A stretch of 64,000 bases of DNA from Candidatus Latescibacterota bacterium. Lineage in GTDB: Bacteria > Latescibacterota > UBA2968. The stretch covers positions 608,001 to 672,000 of the forward strand of contig OZ242320.1 in NCBI GenBank assembly GCA_965208125.1, given 5' to 3'. A program made the translations under genes and the position numbers. The notes beneath the pieces are model-generated. The model was given only the letters and a program-made list of their open reading frames with translations, did not search any database and was not told the DNA's origin. This document shows positions 49,472-60,544 of the stretch, in pieces. The first letter of the stretch is position 1, and every line of letters begins with the position of its first letter.

Positions 49472-50299
49472 ATGTCCAATCTCAAAAACAAAGTAGCCCT
49501 GATAACCGGTGCCGGTGGCGAACACGGAATCGGATGTGCAATAGCGTTGCGTTTTGCGCGAGAAGGCGCCGATATCGTTATCTGTGATATAGATTCAAAT
49601 GCCCGCGGCGACTGGGCTGGATTGCCCGCGGTTGCCGAAGAAATCGAAGCAATGGGACGGAGGGTTCTCGCAACAGAAGTCGATGTAACCAGCGCAGAGC
49701 AAGTCGAACAAATGATACAAGCCGCACTCGCGCACTTTGACAAAATCGACATCCTCGTCAACAACGCGGGTGCCCCCGCTGGACCGGACCGCGTACCCGT
49801 TGCCGAATTAGAAGAAGACGTCTTCGACCACGTTCATCGCGTAAACGTCAAAGGCACCTTCTTGTGTTCCCGCGCCGTTGTCCGCCACCTCATCGAGCGG
49901 AACAACGGAGGCAAAATCATCAACATCTCATCAACTTCGGGACTGCGCGGAATCGCCAGATTCGCGGCCTATTGCTCCTCAAAATTTGCCGTCATCGGAT
50001 TCACCCAAAGCCTCGCCCATGAAATGGGCCCCTACGGCATCCAGGTCAATGCAATTTGCCCCGGCCTGATTGAAACCGAACGCCTGCACGGCATAGCCAG
50101 CGGATTAAAACCCAGAGGAACATCGATCAAAGACTTTAGAGCGCAAATGGTCGAACGCTCCTCTCAGAACAATCCACTCGGACGCATTGGACAGCCAGAA
50201 GATGTTGCAAACGTAGCTGCATTTTTGGCCTCTCCCGATGGCGATTACATGACCGGACAGGCAATCAGCATATCGGGCGGAGCGGCCATGGTGCATTAA
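49472..50299 (+). CDS. SDR-family oxidoreductase
   Basis: TGAGG..GIG, NNAG, YCSSK, CPG. Confidence 0.9.
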   Translation: MSNLKNKVALITGAGGEHGIGCAIALRFAREGADIVICDIDSNARGDWAGLPAVAEEIEAMGRRVLATEVDVTSAEQVEQMIQAALAHFDKIDILVNNAGAPAGPDRVPVAELEEDVFDHVHRVNVKGTFLCSRAVVRHLIERNNGGKIINISSTSGLRGIARFAAYCSSKFAVIGFTQSLAHEMGPYGIQVNAICPGLIETERLHGIASGLKPRGTSIKDFRAQMVERSSQNNPLGRIGQPEDVANVAAFLASPDGDYMTGQAISISGGAAMVH

Positions 50300-51132
50300 T
50301 ACAAAATGCGTTGATCGCTCAAATCCTTGCCACCAACCGCGCGCGTAAGCGACCCGCCCAAATACTCGACAACCTCCAGATCGGCCAGCGCATTGACAAT
50401 ATTATACATCGTGGGCAAATCTTCCCAACGCGCGCGGTTCCACGCAATACACCCATCGCCGACCAGATGTTCCTCAACCTTTCGGTGCCCTCCCTTCGCA
50501 GGCGTAATAACCGGATAGGCAATATCCTCCTTACCCCATACGCCCGTCCGCGGCATATATTTGTAGTGAAGTGTCCCATCGACTTTCGTGCCACCGCCTT
50601 TTGCTGGCGTCGGATTTTCAGACGGCGACCTCAGATTAGTCACCGAAATATCCAGAAAATTGAACCCCAACCAACCCGCAACAGCTTGCGCTTCACTGCT
50701 CGTAATACGCGGCTCGGGCATCTCGCAATAGATCTTCGAAAACCCGAGTTCTTCGCGTCCCGTGATAATCGGATCACAGAGATTCTCCCACAACACGGAA
50801 AGAAAAGGCCCGCGAACATGGTCTCTCGCCCCCTTAAACACCGCCGGAAAAGAAACACCCAGAATATTGTAACCGCGCCCTGCCAGCCATTCAATTTCCT
50901 TCATATAATTGGCATACACCGACACAACAGGCTCCCCGCCGAGTTCAAAACACTCGGGCAAAAGCGCCTTGAGTTGCTCCGCATTTGAAAGAAACGACAC
51001 CGAAATCGAAGTATTCTTCGGATTATCCACACATTCAAATTTGCGACCATCTGGCCCCTGGCGAGGACCCATAAGCGGGCCAAAATGCGTGGGCATGCGA
51101 TACATCTTGTCGGGTTGAAATTTATAAGCCAT
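50296..51132 (-). CDS. Acetoacetate decarboxylase-like family protein
   Basis: WLAGRGYN, LWEN..DPI.TGREELGFSKIY. Confidence 0.75.
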   Translation of the reverse strand: MAYKFQPDKMYRMPTHFGPLMGPRQGPDGRKFECVDNPKNTSISVSFLSNAEQLKALLPECFELGGEPVVSVYANYMKEIEWLAGRGYNILGVSFPAVFKGARDHVRGPFLSVLWENLCDPIITGREELGFSKIYCEMPEPRITSSEAQAVAGWLGFNFLDISVTNLRSPSENPTPAKGGGTKVDGTLHYKYMPRTGVWGKEDIAYPVITPAKGGHRKVEEHLVGDGCIAWNRARWEDLPTMYNIVNALADLEVVEYLGGSLTRAVGGKDLSDQRILY

Positions 51133-51157
51133 AACAACTCCTTTTTTAAGTTTTCAC

Positions 51158-51970
51158 CTACTCTTCCTGCAAATTATCATACATAGACAGCGGCGACCCT
51201 GCGAACAGCCCTGCATCCACGGGCAAAACCACGCCCGAAATCCAGCGCGACTCATCGCTGCCCAAAAACACGGCTGCCCAGGCAATATCCCATGCATTTC
51301 CCTCTGTACCCAGCGGCGCAATTTTGCGGCGGCGCTCTCGCGACTCCTGGGGAATATTGCCGACAAAAGTCGTGTGAAGATGCCCGGGCGCAATACTATT
51401 CACGCGCACATTTTCGCGCCCGTGGTGAACCGCAGCCAGCCGCGTCAGCGTAATAATCCCCCCCTTGGTAATCCCGTAGGGAACATTGCGCGAATTGCCA
51501 GCGCGCATACCGTCAATAGACGAAATATTAATAACAGAACCGCCGCCGGAAGCCGCCATCTCGGGAATCGCGTACTTACACAAAAAAACCATACTCTTAA
51601 GCCCCACATCCATCACGCGATGCCAGTTCTCTTCTTCGACTTCTGTCACCCTCCCAGGCCCGTGAATACCCACATTATTAAACAGAATATCCAACTTCCC
51701 ATAGTGTTCAACTGCCGCATCCACAATCGCCTGACACTGATCCGTCCTGGAAACATCGGCCAAAACGACCTCTGCCTCTCCACCCTCTGCCCGAATCTCC
51801 GCCCGGGTCCTCTCCGCATTTTCCCCGTCAATATCCGCCAGAATGACTCTCGCACCTTCGCGGGCAAAAAGCACCGCAGTCGCACTCCCTACACCTCGTA
51901 ATTCCCGATCTTCAACCTCGCGCATACCCGCACCCGTAACAATAGCGACCTTATCTTTCAAACGATCCAT
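51158..51970 (-). CDS. SDR-family oxidoreductase
   Basis: VTGAG, NNVG, YGITK, RVNSIAPG, VDAG. Confidence 0.9.
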   Translation of the reverse strand: MDRLKDKVAIVTGAGMREVEDRELRGVGSATAVLFAREGARVILADIDGENAERTRAEIRAEGGEAEVVLADVSRTDQCQAIVDAAVEHYGKLDILFNNVGIHGPGRVTEVEEENWHRVMDVGLKSMVFLCKYAIPEMAASGGGSVINISSIDGMRAGNSRNVPYGITKGGIITLTRLAAVHHGRENVRVNSIAPGHLHTTFVGNIPQESRERRRKIAPLGTEGNAWDIAWAAVFLGSDESRWISGVVLPVDAGLFAGSPLSMYDNLQEE

Positions 51971-51981
51971 AAAAACGCCCC

Positions 51982-53427
51982 TCATCTCCTCAAATTTACC
52001 CACTGTTGGTATTTACCGTGATCAAAGCGATCGCGCAGTGGACCGATATGCGTCTCAATCAGATCCTGGCGAATCGACTCAAGCCCCACATCTTCCACCA
52101 GATTATTCATCTCATCCGGGTCAGCCTCCACATCATACAATTCAACAGACCTCTCCGAAACCGATTCCACCCCGAGCTTATAGCGCCCGTCAAAAACCAT
52201 CGTATGTCCCAAAACCTCGCTAATAACAGCGCCCTTCCCCCTCTGCGCCCTCTCTGCATCCGCACCCCCTTGAACCTGTGAAATAAGGGACTGCCCATCG
52301 GTCTGCAAAGGTTCGGCATTGGCAATATCAACAATAGACGCCGCCACATCAATCACATCGGTCAACGCCCTGGTTTGCCAAGCCCGCGTACCTCCCGGCG
52401 GACGCACAATCAGGGGAACGCGAACAGACGCATCGTAAAAAACGATCTTATTATACAACATATGATCGCCCAGCATCTCGCCGTGATCCGAATTGTAAAT
52501 CACCCATGTATTATCCGCCAGACCAGTCTCCTCAAGCGCATCGAGCATCTCGCCAATATAGTGATCAATAAGCGTAATCTTCGCAAAATAATTCACCATC
52601 ATGATTTGCTTTTGCTCAACCGTCATACCCGACAAATTCTTGCTCCTCTGCATACGTCGAACATTCAGCGGAACGGGATCGCCCGGCGCATCCATAATAC
52701 CCGCCGGCATATCCCCGGGATCGTACATATCCCGGTACTCCTGCGGAGAATCAAACGGATCGTGGGGACCGGGACAAAGAACCTGCAAATAAAAAGGCTT
52801 ATCGCCCTTGTAATCGCGAATCCAGTTCGCCGCAGTGCGCCCCGTATAACTATCTAAATGCGCCTCAGTAGGCAATGGACAGGGAGGTTCCTCCCAGGGC
52901 TTGAGCGTCCCTCTTTGCCAGGGAATGCGATAATCATTAATAAATTTTCGATGCGTCTCCAACAGCCCCATCTCATCGAGATAATCGGTATAAGGCGAAC
53001 TGTGTCTCCCCGAAGCAATCGGACCGTGAAGCTCGTGCGGATCGTCAAACCCCCACGCATTGAGCACATCGACGCGATCTCTGCTATGCGAAGCCGGCAC
53101 CCCGCCGTGAAGATAGAGATGTGACTTCCCAATCAGAGCCGTATGATAACCCGCATCGCGCACCTGACGCACATGGCTGGGACCTTCACAATCGGCATCC
53201 TGATCATTTGCCCACAGCCCGTGTTCGCGGGGATACAGACCGCTCATCATAGATGCGCGAGACGGCATACACAATGGACAATTGGTATAGCACTGCGTAT
53301 AAGTGACACTCTCAGACGCGAGGCGATCCAGATTCGGCGTCTTAACCGCCGGATGCCCAACGCACCCCATCGCATCGCCGCGATGCTGATCGGAAAAGAT
53401 ATAGAGAATATTGGGTTGATCAGCCAT
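51982..53427 (-). CDS. Cys-type sulfatase
   Basis: PNILYIFSDQHR, CMPSRASMMSG, GKSH, PHDP, SDHGE. Confidence 0.92.
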   Translation of the reverse strand: MADQPNILYIFSDQHRGDAMGCVGHPAVKTPNLDRLASESVTYTQCYTNCPLCMPSRASMMSGLYPREHGLWANDQDADCEGPSHVRQVRDAGYHTALIGKSHLYLHGGVPASHSRDRVDVLNAWGFDDPHELHGPIASGRHSSPYTDYLDEMGLLETHRKFINDYRIPWQRGTLKPWEEPPCPLPTEAHLDSYTGRTAANWIRDYKGDKPFYLQVLCPGPHDPFDSPQEYRDMYDPGDMPAGIMDAPGDPVPLNVRRMQRSKNLSGMTVEQKQIMMVNYFAKITLIDHYIGEMLDALEETGLADNTWVIYNSDHGEMLGDHMLYNKIVFYDASVRVPLIVRPPGGTRAWQTRALTDVIDVAASIVDIANAEPLQTDGQSLISQVQGGADAERAQRGKGAVISEVLGHTMVFDGRYKLGVESVSERSVELYDVEADPDEMNNLVEDVGLESIRQDLIETHIGPLRDRFDHGKYQQWVNLRR

Positions 53428-53436
53428 AAACTCTCC

Positions 53437-54474
53437 TTATCTCGGAATCGCGACCCTGCGCCCTCTCGACATCAGCGCCGCCTCATAAACCTTCATAACA
53501 GACAGTGCGAACTCCAGGGACCCGACCTCTGCCGTCCTATCTTCCAGAACACAATCGCAGAAATAGCGCATCTCATCGTAAAAGCCCTGCGTAAAAAGCG
53601 CCTTATTCTCAAGGGTCCCCAGCGTATCCTGGGGTTCCCATGAGATCGCACCAGAATCCAGACCCGTGGGAATATAACTTCTCGTACTTGAATAATTAAA
53701 AGGAATACCGCGTTCCAGAGTCACGCGAAGATCTTTATCAATCGCCACATGCTGCTGCCCCCAAAATGCATACCGCTCGCATCCGCGACGCGCGGAAACC
53801 AGATTAAAAGACCCCACGACACCACTCGCAAATTCGAGAATACACACACCAGTGCCGTGATCGCTCCTGTGCATAGTCACAGCCGAAACATCTCCCCCAA
53901 CAGCGAGCAGCAGCGAAAGCGGATGACAGCCATTCTTCAGCCAGTTGGGCGCTTCGCGCGCTCTGAGCACCTGCTCCCCATCCTCGGGAATGGTCATCGG
54001 ATACTCTGCGGAAAGTCCCCTGAGCGGACCGCAATCCTCTGTCCCCATCAACTCAATCACCTTCCGAGTCGCCGGCATAAATGCCTTCTTAAAACCCACA
54101 ACGACCACGCGATCCCCACGGTGGCGCATCATAGTTTCCACTTCAGAAGCCAGCGTAGCAGGCGGCTTCTCCATCCACACATGCAGCCCGGAATCCAGCG
54201 CCTCGCACGCCAGTTCTGGATGTGCTTCTGGAGACACACAGATAAACACGCAATCCAGATCTTCACCCGCGTACATATCCGCAGTGCTGGCATAGCAAGC
54301 ATCCACCCCGTATTCCTCTGCTGTCGCCTTCGCGAGATCCAGCCTCAAATCGCAAAAAGCCTTAAGCCTCACCGGAAGATAATGCATCGCAGGCAGGATA
54401 TTCCTGTAGCAATGTGACCCGATGCCAACAACGCCGACATTCAGCCGGCTTTCAAACTCTCTCTGATAACTCAT
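53437..54474 (-). CDS. Gfo/Idh/MocA oxidoreductase
   Basis: [17 protein letters not shown]. Confidence 0.85.
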   Translation of the reverse strand: MSYQREFESRLNVGVVGIGSHCYRNILPAMHYLPVRLKAFCDLRLDLAKATAEEYGVDACYASTADMYAGEDLDCVFICVSPEAHPELACEALDSGLHVWMEKPPATLASEVETMMRHRGDRVVVVGFKKAFMPATRKVIELMGTEDCGPLRGLSAEYPMTIPEDGEQVLRAREAPNWLKNGCHPLSLLLAVGGDVSAVTMHRSDHGTGVCILEFASGVVGSFNLVSARRGCERYAFWGQQHVAIDKDLRVTLERGIPFNYSSTRSYIPTGLDSGAISWEPQDTLGTLENKALFTQGFYDEMRYFCDCVLEDRTAEVGSLEFALSVMKVYEAALMSRGRRVAIPR

Positions 54475-54479
54475 AGCTG

Positions 54480-54884
54480 CTATCTGGCAAAACTGGAGCG
54501 CAATTTAATACCCCATCTGCCATCCTCATACGTAAGAACATAAAGAGAATCGTGAGCCGCAATCACCGAACCGTCTTCGCGGTAGCGGGTAAATTGCGTA
54601 TCGACGTGAATTTTCTCGTCCGAGCAATGGACAATCTCGCGCCGGGTCCACACACTGTAGTGCCAACCGATATTGCCCAACCCAGTCCTCACACGCGCGA
54701 TAAATGCATCGTCCATATCCGCATCTTCCCATCGGTGCATAATTCCCGAAGCCAGGCGAAAGTGTGGAAAATGCATCGTCGCTTTCCACGCCTGGAGATC
54801 CAGCGCATTAAAACCGGCCATCCACGCATCCAGCACGGGAATCGCCCGTTCTCTCGCCAGTGCAACTGCTTCTTCTGATGGCAT
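54480..54884 (-). CDS. NTF2/SnoaL-like small protein
   Basis: W...FNA.D....HFPH.R, KIH....FTRY..DG, SLYVLT..DGRWGI. Confidence 0.7.
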   Translation of the reverse strand: MPSEEAVALARERAIPVLDAWMAGFNALDLQAWKATMHFPHFRLASGIMHRWEDADMDDAFIARVRTGLGNIGWHYSVWTRREIVHCSDEKIHVDTQFTRYREDGSVIAAHDSLYVLTYEDGRWGIKLRSSFAR

Positions 54885-54895
54885 AAGCCCTCCTC

Positions 54896-57337
54896 CTAAC
54901 CATGCGGCAAATAATATTCATGTAGCTGCTCCTTCGCCACGCCCTTTGCGATCAGACCGTCAACAAAGTCGTCATCATACCCCAATTCCCCGAGAATCTC
55001 CCTCGTATGCGCACCCTGTTTGGGACACGCGTAGAGCAATTGAACAGGCGCATTCTTCAAACGCACATAAGCGGGTGGCGCGAGATCGACAGCACTGCCA
55101 ACCGGGTGATCCGTAAAGCGAACAATAGAAATGGAGCGCCCATCGTCCCATGTGTCCAACAGATCGTCACACACCTCGTGCAAAAACATCTCGCGAATAT
55201 CCTCAAGCGAATCAATGCGGTGCCCGGCCAGCCCCACCTCGTTAAAAACCTTAACCCAATAGGCCACATCGCGTTTTTTGATCTCACCCTCTAAAAATTC
55301 ACCAGCATCTTCATCGGGTGTATTCTCCAACCCCGCAATACATCTCAACTTACCCATCTCATGCTCCAATCCACCCAGGAAAACCCAGCCATCCCGCGCG
55401 CGATACATGCGGTGAAGCGCGTGTTCACCAACAGCATCCTGTCCCGCTGGCTCATCGCCCGAGCACCCGGCTTCGCAAGCATACATAAAAGGCGCCTGAA
55501 CGAGTTGCCCCCCCTGCGCGAGCGAAGTCGTCACAAAATCACCACCATCGGGAACACCACTGCGCCTGCGCTTGAGCAACGCCAGCACCGCGCCATAAGT
55601 TGCCGAATATCCCGTAATATAATCGATACACGACGCCCAACCGTGCAACACCGGTCTATTCCCCTCACCGCCATAGCGCATTTGTATGCCAGTCGATCCC
55701 TGAAGCAGGGGATCAAAACCCGGTCGATTCATCCACGGACCTGGACGCGGACCATTAAACGCCGTCAAATTGAGATACACAATATCGGGTTTGCACCTCT
55801 TAACAGCATCGTAATCAATACCCAAACTTTGCGCAACCCCGGGCCGGAAATTGTGAACAATAATATCGGCTGTTTCAACCAGCTTCATAAAAGCCGCCCT
55901 GCCAGCTTCGTCTTTCAAATTCAAAATCACACTGCGCTTGCCGGGACTGACCTCCAGAGGAAACCAACTGGAAATACGCGGACCAAAATAAGGCTCCGGC
56001 GGATCGATCTTAATAACCTCCGCGCCGTATTCCGCCAGCGTGCGCGCACTGGCTGGCCCGGCGAGCACATTGGATAAATCCAGAACGCGGATACCCTCCA
56101 GAATGGGTTTCCCGAGCGATGCCGCAATATCCCCATTCGGTTTGGGTTCAACATCTCCCACAAACGGTCCTGACGGCCTGGGAATCGCGCATTCATCCGG
56201 CGTCTTGGCAAGCCACGTCTGCACGCCGAGTTGCCGCATCGGACCGTACTCGGGATCGTCAACCACAACCGTCAAAGCCGCTTCCTCAGTCTCGGATTTG
56301 TGCAACCACGCCTGTGCCGTGCGCTGAATCGTACACGGCACGCCAGCAGCGGTCAAAACATCGACCCAGTGTTGTGCGGGTTCACTCGCCAGCACACTTT
56401 CAATTTTTTCGCGCGCTTTGAGATTCCATTCTCTGGACAAATGGGATGAATCGGGAATATTATTCGTCAGATGGAGATTCTCATACACGGGCACATCGAC
56501 CATCCCCTCCGCGATCAAATCATCGTACACCTCCAGCGCTTTAACCAGTGACCGACTATTTCGAGAATGCCCAGCCGCAATAATATAAAGCCATTGCCCA
56601 TCTCCCGCGCGAAACGTACCACTAAAAGGCGACCCCGCACTACTGCGTTGTTTCTGACGACCAGCATTAGACGGCGTGCCATATCGCGCGGGCTTATCCG
56701 CCACATCCAGCATAATAACCGCCATAGCAGACATCGCCGCACCAACCAGCGAAACCTCAATCACATCGCCGCGCCCGCTCTCTTCGCGCGCATAAAGCGC
56801 AAGCGTAACAGCGATAGCACCGTGAATCGCCCCATAAGTCGAACCCAATGGCATCGGCGTATAAACAGGCGGCAGATCCGGTCTTCTACTTTGAAGATCT
56901 GTATATTGACCTATAGCCGCGCTGATAATACCTTCAAATGCGCGAATGGACGCTCTTTCATCCGTCGAGGCAAAACCCGGCAAAGAGAGATAAACCAACC
57001 CTGGATTCAGCGCAGTCATCTCTTCTGCCCCCAAACCCAATCGCTGCATAACGCCCGGGCGAAAATTTTCAATAACCACATCCGCCGAACGGATTAACTT
57101 CACCGCAGTCGCGAGATCATCCGCATTTTTCAAATCGAGGGTAATGCGCTGTTTGCCCCGATTAAAAACGCCATTTGCCGGCGTATCGTAATCCGGTTTG
57201 CCCGGCCGATCCACCTTAATCACCTCGGCACCTTGATCTGCGAGTAACATCCCCGTCAAAGGCCCGGCAATATAATGACCGAAATCAACGACGCGGATCC
57301 CGGTCAATGGCGCTTGTCTATCGCGTTCTGGATTCAT
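54896..57337 (-). CDS. Tandem CaiB/BaiF (family III) CoA-transferase
   Basis: Two copies of L.GIRV.D....AGP, GAEVIK.D, ENFRPGV/HNFRPGV. Confidence 0.9.
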   Translation of the reverse strand: MNPERDRQAPLTGIRVVDFGHYIAGPLTGMLLADQGAEVIKVDRPGKPDYDTPANGVFNRGKQRITLDLKNADDLATAVKLIRSADVVIENFRPGVMQRLGLGAEEMTALNPGLVYLSLPGFASTDERASIRAFEGIISAAIGQYTDLQSRRPDLPPVYTPMPLGSTYGAIHGAIAVTLALYAREESGRGDVIEVSLVGAAMSAMAVIMLDVADKPARYGTPSNAGRQKQRSSAGSPFSGTFRAGDGQWLYIIAAGHSRNSRSLVKALEVYDDLIAEGMVDVPVYENLHLTNNIPDSSHLSREWNLKAREKIESVLASEPAQHWVDVLTAAGVPCTIQRTAQAWLHKSETEEAALTVVVDDPEYGPMRQLGVQTWLAKTPDECAIPRPSGPFVGDVEPKPNGDIAASLGKPILEGIRVLDLSNVLAGPASARTLAEYGAEVIKIDPPEPYFGPRISSWFPLEVSPGKRSVILNLKDEAGRAAFMKLVETADIIVHNFRPGVAQSLGIDYDAVKRCKPDIVYLNLTAFNGPRPGPWMNRPGFDPLLQGSTGIQMRYGGEGNRPVLHGWASCIDYITGYSATYGAVLALLKRRRSGVPDGGDFVTTSLAQGGQLVQAPFMYACEAGCSGDEPAGQDAVGEHALHRMYRARDGWVFLGGLEHEMGKLRCIAGLENTPDEDAGEFLEGEIKKRDVAYWVKVFNEVGLAGHRIDSLEDIREMFLHEVCDDLLDTWDDGRSISIVRFTDHPVGSAVDLAPPAYVRLKNAPVQLLYACPKQGAHTREILGELGYDDDFVDGLIAKGVAKEQLHEYYLPHG

Positions 57338-57427
57338 CAACTATCTCCTTTTGAAATTCTATTATGATCTACCATAATAATACTTTTATATTGCGGTAGT
57401 TAGCCAAAAGAGTCGTGGAGGAACAAA

Positions 57428-58606
57428 ATGTCCAAAAACAAATCACTCGAACAACGAGTCGCTGAAATTTTAGAGGCCTACGACCAGCAGGGCATCCACC
57501 GAACAGGAACAACAGGAGATACGAAAAACGCACACTATTTGGCCGAACGAATAAAAGCAACCGGCCAAAAACCTCTATTGACAAAATTTCGGCATTTGCG
57601 CGTTGACCCAATACAGTCTGAGCTTCAAATCGGCAATCACACAATTCAAGGCATACCTTTTTTTGACGGCACATTTACAGACAAAAATGGCGTAAGAGGG
57701 CGGATGGGTAGTCCAGAAAACAACGCACCCATAGCAGTGGGACACCACCTGACCAATCGGGGATGGGACAAACCCCAACTTGCCCATGCGCGGAGGCGGG
57801 ACAAAATCAAAGCCATGGTCGCGATATGCAAACGAACCCACCCCGATGACGTCCGCGGATTGACACCAACCAATGCAGAGAATTTTACAGCACCTTTTGG
57901 ACCGCCCGTATTACAGGTGCCCGACAGTGCCGAAGAGCGCATCGCAGAAGCCATATCTGCTAAAAAAGAAGCGCGCGTAATTACCCAGGTAGCGCGCACA
58001 GAAGTCCAGGCACTGAATGTTGAAACGCGAATACAGGGCAAAAATTCATCCCTGCCTCCGCTCGCAGTCATCACGCCGCGAAGCGGCTGGTGGCAATGTG
58101 TATCGGAACGCGGAGGCGGAATAGCCTGTTGGCTCGAAATGATTCGCGCCCTCTCTGAAAATCAGCCGCAACGAGACGTGTGGTTCGTTGCAAGCACGGG
58201 ACACGAATTGGGACACCTGGGATTGGATTTCTTCCTCTCGCACCACCGTCCATTGATCAAAGCGGCGCACGTCTGGATTCATCTGGGCGCGAATTTTGCG
58301 GCAACAAATTGTCCCATAAGACTTCAAGCATCGCGCGAGGAATTGGCGCAATTGGCCCATCGTGCCATTGCGGAGACCTGCGTTTCTGCAATAGACTTTA
58401 CACCTGTTGGCACGCGCCCTGGCGGTGAAGCGCGAAATATCTACGACAGAGGCGGGCAATATATTTCCATCACAGGTCGCAATCGCCTCTTCCATCATCC
58501 CGCTGACCGCTGGCCCAGTGCAATTGATCTGCAAAAAATTGTAAGCATCACCCATGCCTTGACCGAACTGACAGTACAACTGGCCAACTCAGATGATCTT
58601 ATGTAG
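57428..58606 (+). CDS. Hypothetical protein, PA + M28 peptidase-like fold
   Basis: HRTGT.GD, NVE..I.G, GHELGHLG, FHHPADR; canonical metal ligands look altered. Confidence 0.55.
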   Translation: MSKNKSLEQRVAEILEAYDQQGIHRTGTTGDTKNAHYLAERIKATGQKPLLTKFRHLRVDPIQSELQIGNHTIQGIPFFDGTFTDKNGVRGRMGSPENNAPIAVGHHLTNRGWDKPQLAHARRRDKIKAMVAICKRTHPDDVRGLTPTNAENFTAPFGPPVLQVPDSAEERIAEAISAKKEARVITQVARTEVQALNVETRIQGKNSSLPPLAVITPRSGWWQCVSERGGGIACWLEMIRALSENQPQRDVWFVASTGHELGHLGLDFFLSHHRPLIKAAHVWIHLGANFAATNCPIRLQASREELAQLAHRAIAETCVSAIDFTPVGTRPGGEARNIYDRGGQYISITGRNRLFHHPADRWPSAIDLQKIVSITHALTELTVQLANSDDLM

Positions 58607-60542
58607 CGACGCGTTTTTGCACCAACATCAGAACAAGTAAAATAGCTCCGCCAATCGCGTGACCGACCAGATTCCAATTCTCGGCATTGTCGAAAACCTG
58701 CACGATCTTCAAAAAAGAAACGATTTCCTGAAAAGGCCAAAGCAACAGCACCGCTGCCACCAGGAACAAGACGCGGTATAATACACTCAGCGACACCATG
58801 TGAAATCCCTCAGAAGCCGCAGCAAAACACAGCAGACCGAGAAGAGCGGCAATCGCAGTCTCAATAACGCGCCAGGTCTCTCCTTCAAAAAGAATGGGCG
58901 TATAGCAAAAAAGCAGGGGAATAAAATAAATACCCTTGGCAATGCGCCACGACTGAAAACCCGTACGAAGCGGATTTGCCCCCGCAATACCCGCAGCGGA
59001 ATACGCAGCCAGACAAACCGGCGGCGTGACATTGGCATCCTGTGAATACCAGAAAATCAGCAAATGCGCCGCAATCAGACTCACCCCCAGACTGGTCAGC
59101 GCAGGCGCAGCCAGCACTGCCAGCACGATATAAGAAGCCGTCACCGGCAAGCCCATGCCCAGAATCAGAGACGCAACGGCAATAAGCACAACAGTAATAA
59201 GCACACTGCTTCCGGCAATCGTCGAAATGAGCAAAGAAAATTTGATCCCAACGCCAACCATCAGCACCACACCCACAATAATACCAGCGCACAGCAGAAT
59301 AATACCAGTGGTAACCATATTGTGAGCACCCAGCGCAAGTGCATCGACAATATCGCGGATATTCATGCGCGTATTCTTATTCAACCAACTCGCAACAACA
59401 ATACTCGCGGTTCCCGTTGCCGCGGCAAACGTGGGTGTAAAACCGTAGATCAGCGTGCCCACGAGCACCCCAATGGGAATCGCAAAATGCCAGCCTTCTC
59501 GGATCGTATCGCGGATATTTGGGAGTTCCGAAGCAGGCAAGGGCGCAATCCCTCTTTTTCGCGCGCGAAAATGAATAAAAAATGTAACACTCAAAAAATA
59601 GATCAGCGCGGGAATAAAAGACACAGCGACAATAGTCAGATAGGGGATTTGCGTCCACTGACTCATAATAAACGCGCCCGCACCCATAATCGGTGGCATG
59701 AGTTGGCCTCCCGTGGATGCCGCCGCCTCAACTGCGCCTGAAAAAGTAGGCGAAAAACCCGTGCGCTTCATCATCGGAATCGTAAGCGAACCCGACCCCA
59801 CCGTATTCGCCACAGCACTCCCCGAAATTGAGCCGAGCATACCACTGGCAAAAACCGCCATCTTTGCCGGTCCGCCCACTGTGCGTCCCAGCAGCGCGAG
59901 CGCCAGACGAATCATAAAATCGCCCGCACCCGAACGCAGGAGAAACGCGCCAAAAAGCACAAAAAGCGCGACAAAAGTAGATGAAATAGTCGCAATCGTT
60001 CCAAAAATACCATCGGGCGCGAAGTACATGCGGTATAGCAAACGCGGAAATGACACACCGGGAAACGCCCATATACCCGAAAGATATTGCCCCCAAAAAA
60101 GCGCGTAAGTGAGAAATACAAGCGCGAGCAGCGGAATAAAAAAACCCGTCGTGCGGCGGGTAATCTCGAGCAAAAGGAGAATCGCGATACCCGCAAAAAT
60201 GAGATCAGCCGTATTCGGCACCTCATTGCGGGCGTGCAGCGCATCCTCAAAAAACACGAGATAAAGAGCGACAACGAGAGAGAGAATGGCGAAAAAATAA
60301 TCGAGAATCAGCGTGCGCGAGGCATAGCGCGTAGAGACGGGATAAAGCAGATATCCCAAAAAAAGAATGAAGGCATAATGAGCGGCATTGCGCTGCAATT
60401 CGGGCAAAACGCCCAGCGTATTGCTCCACAGATGAAACAGAGACAGGCAGACCCCCACAACAACGACGAGCACCTGATGCCTGCCAGTAAGCACGCGATG
60501 AGGCGTACTCACTTCGCCGCCCTGTTCAAATTCGGAATTCAA
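58599..60542 (-). CDS. TRAP transporter fused 4TM/12TM permease (TAXI type)
   Basis: GGPAKMAVFAS, SGSAVAN, EAAASTGGQLMPPIMGAGAF, GMGLP.TASY, TPPVCLAAY. Confidence 0.93.
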   Translation of the reverse strand: MNSEFEQGGEVSTPHRVLTGRHQVLVVVVGVCLSLFHLWSNTLGVLPELQRNAAHYAFILFLGYLLYPVSTRYASRTLILDYFFAILSLVVALYLVFFEDALHARNEVPNTADLIFAGIAILLLLEITRRTTGFFIPLLALVFLTYALFWGQYLSGIWAFPGVSFPRLLYRMYFAPDGIFGTIATISSTFVALFVLFGAFLLRSGAGDFMIRLALALLGRTVGGPAKMAVFASGMLGSISGSAVANTVGSGSLTIPMMKRTGFSPTFSGAVEAAASTGGQLMPPIMGAGAFIMSQWTQIPYLTIVAVSFIPALIYFLSVTFFIHFRARKRGIAPLPASELPNIRDTIREGWHFAIPIGVLVGTLIYGFTPTFAAATGTASIVVASWLNKNTRMNIRDIVDALALGAHNMVTTGIILLCAGIIVGVVLMVGVGIKFSLLISTIAGSSVLITVVLIAVASLILGMGLPVTASYIVLAVLAAPALTSLGVSLIAAHLLIFWYSQDANVTPPVCLAAYSAAGIAGANPLRTGFQSWRIAKGIYFIPLLFCYTPILFEGETWRVIETAIAALLGLLCFAAASEGFHMVSLSVLYRVLFLVAAVLLLWPFQEIVSFLKIVQVFDNAENWNLVGHAIGGAILLVLMLVQKRVAT

Positions 60543-60544
60543 AC

